Positions 37,623-46,840 of a stretch of DNA of 64,000 nt are shown in pieces; position 1 is the stretch's first letter, and each line of letters opens with the position of its first letter. The stretch covers positions 4,864,001-4,928,000 of the forward strand of contig OZ241362.1 in assembly GCA_965200315.1 (NCBI GenBank), read 5' to 3'. The position numbers were made by a program, and so were the translations under genes. Under the pieces are notes generated by a model. The model saw nothing but the letters and a program-made list of their open reading frames with translations. It had not been told where the DNA came from and made no database searches. The stretch comes from Candidatus Latescibacterota bacterium. GTDB lineage: Bacteria > Latescibacterota > UBA2968 > UBA8231.

Positions 37623-37779
37623 GGTTGCTTCTTCCTTTTGCGCGAGGGCCCGGTCTAAGTAAAAATAAACAGCGGCCCGAGGTGAGTAAATCTCTTGTCG
37701 CGGTCGTGTGTACTATGGACGACACAGTGGATTATAGCCGGATGTGCTCTTTTGGGTCGCCGACTTGATGGAGTTTGAT

Positions 37780-38631
37780 ATGGGTTCGGTGGCAGTCATT
37801 GGATCAGCGACGATAGACCGCGTGGTGCAAGGCGGTGTGGGTGCGTACAAGCGCGGGGGGGTGGTTGTGTATGCTGGGCTGACCCTTGCCGAATTGGGCG
37901 TAAAGACGCGGGTGTTGACTAATGTCGCTGCGGCCGACCGGGCGATGCTGGCGGTGTTGCAGCAGCGGAGTATTGCAGTCTATGTAGGCCAAAGCGCGGC
38001 GACGACCTGTTTTGTCAACTATGTGGATGGCGACGCACGGCGGCAGGAGTTACTCGCTTGCGCCGCGCCGATTGCCGCAGCCCAGCTTGGGCCGGTGCTC
38101 GCCGGCGTGGAGCACGTGCATTTGGGGCCGCTGCATCCGCATGATCTGGCCGAGGATGTGCTAGCGGCGATAGACGGCGTGGTGAGCTTGGACATCCAAG
38201 GCTACGTGCGGCGGGTTGAGGGGACGCAGGTGGACCAAGGGGTTGCTAGCGGTCTGTATGCTGCTCTGCAATGCGCGGATTATGTCAAAACCTCCAGCGA
38301 TGAATTAGAACTTGTGCTCGCCGATTGCGGCCTGACGCTGGACCAGTTGATGCGCGATTGCTCGGTAGCCGAGTGGGTCGTCACCGAAGGCTCGCACGGT
38401 GGCTGGGTGGCCAGCCGGCAGGGCCAGCGGACGAAGTTTGCGTCGGCGACGGTGGCGACGGTGGCTGATCCCACGGGAGCTGGTGACGTGTTTTTCGCCG
38501 CGTATTTGGCGCATCGGCTGCATCGGGGGGTGGAGATTGCTACGGCTGCTCAGTGCGCTGCGGCGTTGGCTGCGCGCCAAGTGGAGGGTGGGTTTATTGA
38601 CGAGGCGACGTTGCGTTTGGAGGCGGGGTGA
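37780..38631 (+). CDS. PfkB family carbohydrate kinase
   Basis: IGSATID, GG, DIQG and DPTGAGDVF. Confidence 0.88.
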   Translation: MGSVAVIGSATIDRVVQGGVGAYKRGGVVVYAGLTLAELGVKTRVLTNVAAADRAMLAVLQQRSIAVYVGQSAATTCFVNYVDGDARRQELLACAAPIAAAQLGPVLAGVEHVHLGPLHPHDLAEDVLAAIDGVVSLDIQGYVRRVEGTQVDQGVASGLYAALQCADYVKTSSDELELVLADCGLTLDQLMRDCSVAEWVVTEGSHGGWVASRQGQRTKFASATVATVADPTGAGDVFFAAYLAHRLHRGVEIATAAQCAAALAARQVEGGFIDEATLRLEAG

Positions 38632-38637
38632 AGTTTA

Positions 38638-38706
38638 GATGCCGTGATCAGGATTATTTCAGCTCGCAAGGCCAACAGGAATGAACAGCGACAATACGAA
38701 AGGTTC
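38638..38706 (+). pseudogene. C-terminal remnant of a BrnT toxin
   Basis: Hand translation DAVIRIISARKANRNEQRQYERF; no 5' part is present. Confidence 0.8.
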
Positions 38707-38911
38707 ATGCAAAGAATGCGATTTCTCGAAGTCTGTCCGGAATCCCTATGCAAAGCATCTTAAGAAGCAGGTTACGCTTCGTTTGGGGACGGAGGTGATC
38801 GCGTATTTTAAGGATTTGGCGGGCGAAACGGGTATTCCATACCAGAGTTTGATCAATCTGTATCTACAGGATTGCGTACAGACGAAGAAAAAGCTCAAGT
38901 GGGCGTCGTGA
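38681..38911 (+). CDS. BrnA-type antitoxin with a damaged native start
   Basis: KE.DFSKS.RNPYAK.LKKQVTLRL...YFK...GIPYQSLINLYL; the ATG at 38707 is out of frame. Confidence 0.75.
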   Translation: MNSDNTKGSCKECDFSKSVRNPYAKHLKKQVTLRLGTEVIAYFKDLAGETGIPYQSLINLYLQDCVQTKKKLKWAS

Positions 38912-38925
38912 TCTAAAAGACGGTT

Positions 38926-39540
38926 TCATTCACAGGCAGCGTATTCACTACCGTTCACGAAAAATCGTTGGACATATTGACGTAAAGCCTTGTTGATCTT
39001 TGCATCAATCCGTTTCAGCAAATCGCCTGCGTGCCTGATTTTGTGGTAACTCTTCTGCGTGTCCTTCGTCGCCTCACGTAAGGAGCTTGCAACGTCAGTA
39101 TTGGCATCCGGTGTTCGTACGCGAATGTTGATCACCGGATGCCTTCGCTGGAAAGTATAGTAAAAATATGGCTCGACTCCCGGCGGAGTCGCTTCTTCAA
39201 TGGTCTCGTCGATGATATTGACCCGGGGGCCGATAGTGTAAAACGACAGACGATACCTTAATGGTTGGTCAATTTCCGAAAACGCACCGATTTCGACTTC
39301 TATTGTCGGCTGTTGGTGGTAATCGCCCTTCCACGACCACTCCTGTGCCCCACCCCCGTCCCGGATTGCGGCAGCGAAATCCGTCGGCGTGGCACGCAGG
39401 AGTTCCAATACCTCGATGAAATTCGTTTTCCCCGCTGCGTTTGGGCCGATAAGGACGTTCAATGGTTGCAATTCAAAGAAGTCCATATCGGGCGGAAACG
39501 ACAGCAAGCCACCCATGCGAAGGCGTTGGATGAATTGCAT
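38926..39540 (-). pseudogene. Chimeric remnant: AAA_21/RecF-like ATPase N-terminus joined to a DUF4276-like C-terminus
   Basis: Walker A LIGPNAAGKT but no signature motif or Walker B; tail LREATKDTQKSYHKIRHAGDLLKRID. Confidence 0.65.
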
Positions 39541-39594
39541 TGGATTTGCCGTCCTCAAACGCTGCTGGGTATGAAGGTCCGATCGAAGTAAAGT

Positions 39595-40443
39595 TCAGCA
39601 CTCGGCGCCGCGCACTTCGCCGCCGAAGTGCTGCAGGCGCTCATCGGTGTCGATTTGGCCGGCGTTGGTGGGGCGGTAGTGTAGTTGCAGGGCGCGGCGC
39701 ATTTTTTGCGAGGGGTTGGTCGGGCTGCCGTGGTGGGTCATGCCGTGCCAGAGCAGGCAACCGCCAGGGGCGAGGGGCACGACGACGTCGCGCTCGGTCT
39801 GGACGTCGGTGTCGCATATCTGCCAATCGCGGCGCTTGAAGTGATGGACTGGACCCTCGCGGTGTGTGCCGGGCAGGATGTGCAGGCAGCCGTTGCTCGC
39901 GTCGGCGTGGTCGAGGGCGATCCAGACGCCGATGATGGTGGTGCCCAGAGGATAGTTGAAGTACGCGCAGTCTTGGTGCCAAGGTTTTTCGCGGCCTCTG
40001 GGCGGCTTGAGCAGGGCCATCTCTTGGAACAGAACGGGCGTGTCGTCCATCAGGCGGGCGAGGACGTCCAATAGGCCCGGGTCGGTGGCTAGGGGTTGGA
40101 AGCGCACATCCCAATCGACGAACTTCATCAGCTTGCGCACGGCCCTACGCCGCGCCGCGCCCGTCAGCTTTTGGCCCTGCGCGGCGACTTCCAACTGGAC
40201 GCCGCGAAATTCGGGCTGCTTGCCGTCAATTAGATCGTACACTGCGTTGGCGGCGTCGGCGACTTGGGCCGGAGAAAACGCCTCTGCTATCACGAGATAA
40301 CCCTGTTGGCGAAAGAAGGCTAGCTGCTCGGCGCCTATGTCGGCGAAGCGGGCGACCTGCTGGGCCTCGGCGTCGTAGCGATAGAGGCCCGGGGCGTAGT
40401 CGGCATGGACGCCGTCGTCCACGATGGGTTGGGCACTGGTCAT
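39595..40443 (-). CDS. Phytanoyl-CoA dioxygenase family protein
   Basis: WHQD, WIALD, NGCL..PGTH and HGS.N..RRA. Confidence 0.9.
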   Translation of the reverse strand: MTSAQPIVDDGVHADYAPGLYRYDAEAQQVARFADIGAEQLAFFRQQGYLVIAEAFSPAQVADAANAVYDLIDGKQPEFRGVQLEVAAQGQKLTGAARRRAVRKLMKFVDWDVRFQPLATDPGLLDVLARLMDDTPVLFQEMALLKPPRGREKPWHQDCAYFNYPLGTTIIGVWIALDHADASNGCLHILPGTHREGPVHHFKRRDWQICDTDVQTERDVVVPLAPGGCLLWHGMTHHGSPTNPSQKMRRALQLHYRPTNAGQIDTDERLQHFGGEVRGAEC

Positions 40444-40670
40444 GTCTGGTCCTCGTCTTCTTGGCCGACTGACGGGTCCCGGATCAAAATTGCCAAGGGA
40501 ATGAGCACGCAGTAGCCGACCACTAGGAGTACCGGCGCTAGGGTGAGGGATAAGAAACCCTCGGCTGGCGGGATGCGCAAAAACACATAGCCGAGCACGA
40601 TCACGGCTAAGCCGGCTATGGCCAAGTACCAGTTTTTGCGCGTAAAAGGCAGGTCTCCGCGTGGGGCCAT
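40440..40670 (-). CDS. Small two-helix membrane protein (DUF3098-like)
   Basis: F..KN...G...I.LGY...SLTLAP..LV.GY. Confidence 0.7.
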   Translation of the reverse strand: MAPRGDLPFTRKNWYLAIAGLAVIVLGYVFLRIPPAEGFLSLTLAPVLLVVGYCVLIPLAILIRDPSVGQEDEDQT

Positions 40671-40684
40671 GGCGCAGCCTCGGC

Positions 40685-41038
40685 TCAGCGCGCCCGCTTT
40701 TCGCGGATGCGAGCGGCGCGGCCTTTGCGACCGCGCAGGTAAAAGAGGCGGGCGCGGCGCACCCGGCCTTCGCGCAGGCGCTCGATCTTGGCGATGCGCG
40801 GCGAGTGCATGGGAAAGATGCGCTCGATGGCGATGCCCTGAGAGATCTTGCGCACGGTAAAAGTCTCTTGGATACCGCTGCCTCTGCGTTGGATGACGGT
40901 TCCTTCAAAGATTTGGGTGCGCTCCTTGTCGCCCTCGATGACCCGCACGTGGATGCGCACGGTGTCGCCCGCGCCGAATTCGGGAAGATCGGTTTTGAGT
41001 TGGTCCGAGGTTAGTTCGCGCAGGATACTTGCGTCCAT
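40685..41038 (-). CDS. rplS: 50S ribosomal protein L19
   Basis: [23 protein letters not shown] and [12 protein letters not shown]. Confidence 0.98.
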   Translation of the reverse strand: MDASILRELTSDQLKTDLPEFGAGDTVRIHVRVIEGDKERTQIFEGTVIQRRGSGIQETFTVRKISQGIAIERIFPMHSPRIAKIERLREGRVRRARLFYLRGRKGRAARIREKRAR

Positions 41039-41052
41039 TGTATCACCTTTTG

Positions 41053-41793
41053 TTACGGGGCTTCTTCCAGCCCTTGCTCGTGCCAAGTGGCGATGAGCTG
41101 TTGTTCTTCTTCGTCGAGTTCGAGCTGTTGCAGCAAGTCGGGGCGGCGCGCAAACGTGCGCCGCAGGGCTTGGCGTCGCCGCCAGTGCTCTATGCGTGCG
41201 TGATCGCCCGAAAGCAACGCATCCGGGACGCGCTGGCCGCGAAATTCAACCGGCCGCGTGTACCAAGGACAATCGAGAACGACCTCTTGGAACGAGTCGT
41301 CCAAGGCCGAAGAAAAGTTGCCCAAAACGTTGGGTATGAGCCGCACCACCGCGTCGATGAGGACGAGGGCGGCCGGCTCGCCGCCGGTGAGCACGTAGTC
41401 GCCGATTGAAATTTCACGGTCGATAAGCCCGGTGCGGATCCGCTCATCTACTCCTTTGTAATGCCCGCACAACAACACCAACTGCTCCTCGAGCGCCAAC
41501 TCGACGGCGAGCGCTTGGTTGAGTGGCTGGCCGTCGGCCGTTAGGTAAATGCAGCGGCCGGCTGCTAGGCCCCGCTCTTGCCAAAGCTGGTACACGGGCT
41601 CGGGCTTGAGGACCATGCCGCCGCCGCCGCCGTAAGGCGCGTCATCCACGGTGCGGTGTTTGTCGGTTGCACAATCGCGCGGGTCGTGGCTCTCAACGGT
41701 CAACAAGCCCCGGGCGATGGCGCGGGCCATCATGCTGGTTGCCAACGGTGAGGCAAAGAAATCCGGAAAGAGGGTTACGATGTCTATTCTCAT
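41053..41793 (-). CDS. trmD: tRNA (guanine37-N1)-methyltransferase
   Basis: [22 protein letters not shown] and [11 protein letters not shown]. Confidence 0.98.
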   Translation of the reverse strand: MRIDIVTLFPDFFASPLATSMMARAIARGLLTVESHDPRDCATDKHRTVDDAPYGGGGGMVLKPEPVYQLWQERGLAAGRCIYLTADGQPLNQALAVELALEEQLVLLCGHYKGVDERIRTGLIDREISIGDYVLTGGEPAALVLIDAVVRLIPNVLGNFSSALDDSFQEVVLDCPWYTRPVEFRGQRVPDALLSGDHARIEHWRRRQALRRTFARRPDLLQQLELDEEEQQLIATWHEQGLEEAP

Positions 41794-42299
41794 GGTTTGA
41801 ATAGCTCTTCAATGGCCCGCACGACGACCCGCCCCGGCGCGATTTCTACGACAAAGTCGCCGACGGCTGGTACGAGGGCTTCGCCTTTATCGCCGCGAAC
41901 CACGTAGGCGTCTGTGGTCGGCATGGATAAGACATCGACGATGTGGCCCAATGGCTCTCCTGCCGAATTGACGACCGCGCAATCCACTAGGTCGTCGATG
42001 TAGTGCATGCCTTCCGGTAGGGGATCGCGCTGATCTGGGGCGATGGTGACATAGCCCCCGGCCAAGATTGAACGCGCCTGTTCGGGCGAGTCGATGCCAG
42101 CGAATTTGAGCAACAAGCTCTTGGCATCTGTGCGCCAGCGCTCGAGTTTGAGCGGTTGGTCGGGGCGGCCCGCGCATTGGAGGACGACGTCCCGCAGGTC
42201 GCTGAAGCGCTCGACGCGGTGCGTCAAGGCTTGAGCCCGAACTTCGCCGCGCAGTCCCCACGGGCGGGAGATATAGGCTACGGCGACGCGCCCGGCCAT
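41790..42299 (-). CDS. rimM: 16S rRNA processing protein RimM
   Basis: I.RPWGLRGEV and Y..DLV.C.V; position between rpsP and trmD. Confidence 0.93.
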   Translation of the reverse strand: MAGRVAVAYISRPWGLRGEVRAQALTHRVERFSDLRDVVLQCAGRPDQPLKLERWRTDAKSLLLKFAGIDSPEQARSILAGGYVTIAPDQRDPLPEGMHYIDDLVDCAVVNSAGEPLGHIVDVLSMPTTDAYVVRGDKGEALVPAVGDFVVEIAPGRVVVRAIEELFKP

Positions 42300-42310
42300 G
42301 CGTTGGCCCT

Positions 42311-42673
42311 CTACGCTTCCTCTTGCTCGTCCGCTGCAGCCGGTTGGACTGGCGTAGCGGCTGCTTTCTTGCGCCGGCGCTTGGGCTTGTCGCTGGTGAG
42401 GGCGTCGTCGCGCACCCGGCCCTCTAGGCCCTTCCAGCGAGCCAAAACTCCTTGGCTGTGGAAGAGGTCGGCTACGGTCTCGCTCATCTGTGCGCCATTG
42501 TTGAGCCACTCTATGGCCCGCTCTTCGTGGATTTTGACTGTCGCGTGCATGGGGTCGTAGAGGCCCACCTCTGCGATGGCGCGGCCGTTGCGGGCAACGC
42601 TGGCGTGGGTGGCGACGATCCGGTAGTAAGGCTGTTTGCGTTTGCCTATTCTCTTAAGGCGAAGTTTGACCAA
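42311..42673 (-). CDS. rpsP: 30S ribosomal protein S16
   Basis: VKLRLKRIG..KQPYYRIV, GLYDP and WL.NGAQ.SETV; TTG start after RBS aaggag. Confidence 0.97.
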   Translation of the reverse strand: MVKLRLKRIGKRKQPYYRIVATHASVARNGRAIAEVGLYDPMHATVKIHEERAIEWLNNGAQMSETVADLFHSQGVLARWKGLEGRVRDDALTSDKPKRRRKKAAATPVQPAAADEQEEA

Positions 42674-42698
42674 TGCTATTCTCCTTGGCGAAGGATGC

Positions 42699-44027
42699 CT
42701 AGCCCACGAGGGGCATTCTCATTTTGGCGCGGCCGCCTTTGGCGCGGCCCATCTGCCTGAGCATTTTCTGCATCATCTGAAATTGTTTGACTAGTTGGTT
42801 CACCTCTTGGATGGTCGTGCCGCTGCCGCGGGCGATGCGCTTGCGGCGGCTGCCGTTGAGGATTTTGGGTTGGACTCGCTCTTGGCGGGTCATGGAGTTG
42901 ATGATGGCCTCGACTTGGGTGAAGGCGCTATCGTCGAGCTGCATGTTCTTGGCGGCCTTGCCGGCCCCGGGAATCATGCCCATGAGCTGGTCGAGTGGCC
43001 CCATGCGGCGCACCGCTTGCAACTGCGAGAGAAAATCCTCAAAAGTGAAAGAGGCCCGGCGGAACTTTTCTTCTAGCTGTTTGGCCTTGTCGCGCTCCAT
43101 GGCCTGCTCGGCCCTTTCCACGAGCGAGACAATGTCGCCCATGCCGAGGATGCGCGAGGCCATGCGATCGGGGTGAAAGGACTCTAGGTCTTCGATTTTC
43201 TCGCCGGTGCCGACGAATTTGATCGGCCGGCCAGTGACGGCGCGGATCGACAGCGCGGCCCCGCCGCGGGCGTCGCTGTCGAGCTTGGTCAGGGCACAGC
43301 CGGTAAACGCGAGACGCTGGTTAAAGCGGGTGGCGGTTTCCACGGCGTCTTGGCCCTGCAGGCTGTCGGCGACAAAGAGAATCTCGTGCGGCTCGACGGC
43401 CTGTTGGATGCGATCTAGTTCGTCCATCATCTCTTCGTCGATGCTCAGGCGGCCCGCCGTGTCTATGAGCGCGACGCTGCGGTGAGTCTGGCGGGCTTGG
43501 TCGATGCCGCGGCGGCAGATGGCGACTGGATCAACGCCTGCCGGCTGGCTAAAGACGGGCACGTCGATAGAGGCTCCCAGCGATTGGAGCTGGGCTATGG
43601 CGGCCGGGCGATACACGTCGGCGGCGATCAACAGCGGCGGCCGACCTCTTTCCTTGAACTGGCGGGCTAGCTTGGCGGCCATAGTCGTCTTGCCACAGCC
43701 TTGGAGGCCGACGAGCATGACGACGGTGGGGGGGGGCTCGGCGAGGTTGGGCGGGCTGTTGCTGCCTCCGAGCAGGGCGATGAGCTCGTTGTGGACGATT
43801 TTGACTAGCTGCTGGCCCGGGGTCAGGCTCTTGAGGACGTCTTGGCCGAGGGCCTGCTCTTTGACCCGCTGAATAAAGCCCCTAGCGACCTTAAAGTTGA
43901 CGTCGGCTTCGAGCAGCGAGCGGCGAATCTGGCGCAGGGTATCGTCGATATTGCGCTCGGTGATGCGCCCCTGCCCGCGAAGAGAGCGGAAAAGGTCGTC
44001 AAAGCGTTCGCTAAGTCGGTCAAACAT
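42699..44027 (-). CDS. ffh: Signal recognition particle protein
   Basis: LLEADV, GLQGCGKTT, DTAGR, TKLD and Met-rich M domain. Confidence 0.98.
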   Translation of the reverse strand: MFDRLSERFDDLFRSLRGQGRITERNIDDTLRQIRRSLLEADVNFKVARGFIQRVKEQALGQDVLKSLTPGQQLVKIVHNELIALLGGSNSPPNLAEPPPTVVMLVGLQGCGKTTMAAKLARQFKERGRPPLLIAADVYRPAAIAQLQSLGASIDVPVFSQPAGVDPVAICRRGIDQARQTHRSVALIDTAGRLSIDEEMMDELDRIQQAVEPHEILFVADSLQGQDAVETATRFNQRLAFTGCALTKLDSDARGGAALSIRAVTGRPIKFVGTGEKIEDLESFHPDRMASRILGMGDIVSLVERAEQAMERDKAKQLEEKFRRASFTFEDFLSQLQAVRRMGPLDQLMGMIPGAGKAAKNMQLDDSAFTQVEAIINSMTRQERVQPKILNGSRRKRIARGSGTTIQEVNQLVKQFQMMQKMLRQMGRAKGGRAKMRMPLVG

Positions 44028-44106
44028 GGGCTGATGCGTCGAGTGGTAGAGTGCGACAAAGAAGCTAAAATATAAATTAATATATAGATATAGCAACAGA
44101 GGTAGG

Positions 44107-44757
44107 TTAGCCACGCAGGTCGGCGATAATGCGGGCTGGGTCTTGAGCACCGAAGACGGCTGAGCCGGCCACTAAGCTCTGGGCACCGGCTTGTCGGCAA
44201 GCGGCTGCGTTGCCGGGATGGACTCCGCCGTCGATGCCGACGGGTACTGCTAGTCCTCGGCGCTCGATTTCCGCGCACAGGTCGCGGATTTTGTCGAGGG
44301 CGGTGGGCTGGAAGGCTTGGCCGCCAAATCCGGGATCCACGGACATAATCAAGGCCGAATCGAGCTCGTCGAGATAGGGGTAGAGGGCGGAGACGGGCGT
44401 GTTTGGATTGACCGCGAGGCCGCACTGGAGATCGTGCTGGCGAATGGCGTCGAGTACGGCTCGAAGGTCGGACTCGAGTTCTAAGTGGACCACGAGCGAG
44501 TCCGCGCCCGCCTCTTTGAAGGGGCCGATAAAGGGCAAGGGATCTTGCAACATCAGGTGCGTATTGAGTTCGAGGTGGGTGGTTTGGCGCACGGCCGCCA
44601 CGACCGGCAGCCCAAAGCTGATGTTGGGGACGAAGTGCCCGTCCATTACGTCGAGATGGAGAAAATCGGCCCCGCCGCGCTCGACGCGGTCGATGTCCTC
44701 GGCTAGGCGGGCAAAGTCGGCGGCCAACAGGGAAGGGCCGATGCGCGTGGCGTTCAT
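44107..44757 (-). CDS. rpe: Ribulose-phosphate 3-epimerase
   Basis: HLDVMDGHFVPNI, MSVDPGFGGQ and DGG. Confidence 0.97.
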   Translation of the reverse strand: MNATRIGPSLLAADFARLAEDIDRVERGGADFLHLDVMDGHFVPNISFGLPVVAAVRQTTHLELNTHLMLQDPLPFIGPFKEAGADSLVVHLELESDLRAVLDAIRQHDLQCGLAVNPNTPVSALYPYLDELDSALIMSVDPGFGGQAFQPTALDKIRDLCAEIERRGLAVPVGIDGGVHPGNAAACRQAGAQSLVAGSAVFGAQDPARIIADLRG

Positions 44758-45524
44758 GGTTCTTCCCAATTGTCAAAGGTCTCTGGCTTTGGGGGGGGCG
44801 CGGCGCTGACGACGAGGTCGATGCGGCTGTGGCGCGAGATGCGCTGCTCACTCGTAGGCTCTTGCGCTAGGACCGTGCCGCCGCGCTTTTGCTCGTCGAT
44901 GCGCTTGGCGATGTGGCCGATGCGCAATTCGTATTTGCGCAGGGTGTCCTCCGCTGCTCTGATAGACAGGCCGATTAGATTCGGGACGCGCTTGAGGGCC
45001 GTGGGGGGGCCGTTGCTGACTTGGAGGTCAACCTCACTATCGAGAGCGAGCTGAGCACCGGGGGGAGGCGACTGCCCGACGACAGCGCCCGCGGGGAGGG
45101 TTTCTGAAGAGCGGTAGAAGATTTGGCCGATCTTTAGCTGGTTCCCCTCTAGCTGTAGGCGAGCCTCGCGGAGGCTAACGCGGCGCACATCGGGGACCTC
45201 GTAGTAGCGCGGCCCTTTGCTCACGGTCAAGACGATGCGTCGCCCCTTTTTGACTAATTGACCAACACTTGGATTTTGATCGAGGACCTCGTCGGCGGGA
45301 ACGGTTTCGTGGTGTAGCGAATCGCCGATGGTCGCTTTCAGTCCTGCTTCTTTGAGTCGGGCCGATGCCGCGGACGCGAAAAGGCCCTGGAGATTGGGTA
45401 CTTGAACGCTGGGCGTGTCGACTAGGTGCGGCATGATGACCTCGTCGAGCAGGATGAGGGCGATGATACCGGCGAGGAACGCGCCCGTCGCGAGCAGGAA
45501 CAATTGGCGGAGAAAGCTTTTCAC
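44754..45524 (-). CDS. Membrane-anchored triple-PASTA domain protein
   Basis: One transmembrane helix, then three VP.L.G....A...L / Q.P / VS.G repeats. Confidence 0.88.
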   Translation of the reverse strand: MKSFLRQLFLLATGAFLAGIIALILLDEVIMPHLVDTPSVQVPNLQGLFASAASARLKEAGLKATIGDSLHHETVPADEVLDQNPSVGQLVKKGRRIVLTVSKGPRYYEVPDVRRVSLREARLQLEGNQLKIGQIFYRSSETLPAGAVVGQSPPPGAQLALDSEVDLQVSNGPPTALKRVPNLIGLSIRAAEDTLRKYELRIGHIAKRIDEQKRGGTVLAQEPTSEQRISRHSRIDLVVSAAPPPKPETFDNWEEP

Positions 45525-46837
45525 GATGCGGCCTTGCGGATGCGTGCGGCAAAACTGCCGTCGCCGGCGTGTCGGCCCGGTATGGTCAGGACGTAGCGAC
45601 CAGCCCAAGGCTGGGCGGGAAAGTGAGCATCGGCGCACTCTAGCTGCGCGGTCGGGGTTTGCTTTAAGAAGCGCTCGACAATGGCTTCGTTTTCCTCCGC
45701 TTCCAAGCTACAGGTGCTATACACCAAGACACCGCCGGGCCGCAGGTGCTCGTAAGCGCGTTGGATGAGCACCTGTTGGCGCGCGGTCAATGCTGCCAAT
45801 TCGGTGGGCTGGCGACGCCAGCGGGCGTCTGGTCGCCGTCCGAGTACGCCAGTGGAGCTACAGGGCACATCGGCGAGGACGCGATCGAAGGCACCGCACC
45901 CAGGAGTTGTGCCGTCGCGGGCCACGGGGCGGATGGCCTGTAGGCGCAGGCGTCGGGCGTTTTCGCGCACCCGCTTCAGGCGCGGCAGCGAAATGTCGGC
46001 CGCTACGACCCAGCCGCGGTCAGCCATCGCCATGGCCGCTTGCCCGGCTTTGCCGCCGGGTGCGCTGCACAGGTCGAGCAGGCGTTCGCCCGGCTGGGGG
46101 TCGAGCAGGGCCACGGCCAAGCCGGCGTTGGGATCTTGGACTTGAAACTGCCCCTGCTGATATGCGCGTGAGGCAAAGAGGGCCGCGCCGTTTGTTGCTC
46201 GATAAAAGCCCGGCCTCGCCTCGATTGGGACTAGATTGAGTTCGGCGAGAGTTTCGCGGTTGGCGCGCAGCGGATTGAGGTAGATGTTGAGCGGGGCGGG
46301 CTGGTTGTTGGTTAGGAGCAAGTGTTCGGCGATTTCGCGGCCCCAGCGGCTGACCCAGCGATCGACCAACCATTCGGGATGGGAGTGGTACACCGCTAGG
46401 TAATGAGTCGGGGTCTGCTGCTGATCTGGGTAGCGAACCTGTGCGCGTTGCCGCAGCAAGTTGCGGAGCACGGCATTGACTAGGGAGGCAATGCCGCGGT
46501 GGGTCAAGTGCTTGGCTAGCTCCACTGAGGTATGGACGGCTGCGGACTGGGGCACGCGGTCGAGCCAGAAGAGCTGATAGGTGCCGAGGCGCAAAATGTG
46601 GCGAGCCCAAGGCGAGAGTTGGGCGACCGGACGCACACAACAGGGGGCGATGATCCAATCGAGTCGCTTCTGCCACCGCACCACACCGAGGACTAGCTGG
46701 CGGGCGAAGCGCACGTCGCGGTTGGTCGGCAAGCGTGCGTCGAGAGCTTGGAGCAGTTCGTCGAAAGGTCGAGCTTGCTGCTCTAGGTCGCGGAGGAGGT
46801 GTACCGCTGCAAGGCGGGCTGAGTCGGGAGGACGCAC
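45521..46837 (-). CDS. rsmB: 16S rRNA m5C967 methyltransferase
   Basis: NusB-like N-terminus, DLCSAPGGK, DVPCS and YSTCS. Confidence 0.95.
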   Translation of the reverse strand: MRPPDSARLAAVHLLRDLEQQARPFDELLQALDARLPTNRDVRFARQLVLGVVRWQKRLDWIIAPCCVRPVAQLSPWARHILRLGTYQLFWLDRVPQSAAVHTSVELAKHLTHRGIASLVNAVLRNLLRQRAQVRYPDQQQTPTHYLAVYHSHPEWLVDRWVSRWGREIAEHLLLTNNQPAPLNIYLNPLRANRETLAELNLVPIEARPGFYRATNGAALFASRAYQQGQFQVQDPNAGLAVALLDPQPGERLLDLCSAPGGKAGQAAMAMADRGWVVAADISLPRLKRVRENARRLRLQAIRPVARDGTTPGCGAFDRVLADVPCSSTGVLGRRPDARWRRQPTELAALTARQQVLIQRAYEHLRPGGVLVYSTCSLEAEENEAIVERFLKQTPTAQLECADAHFPAQPWAGRYVLTIPGRHAGDGSFAARIRKAAS

Positions 46838-46840
46838 GGC

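Noticed and set aside
40444-40908. Long N-terminal extension of the PhyH ORF
   Set aside because: Overlaps rplS and the small membrane gene in another frame
42299-42311. Absence of a KH-domain gene between rpsP and rimM
   Set aside because: The rpsP-rimM-trmD-rplS order without it is common
43728-43736. G9 run in ffh (also G8 at 44791 and G7 in pfkB) as phase-variation sites
   Set aside because: They encode Pro or Gly runs in GC-rich genes, including essential ffh; treated as background controls
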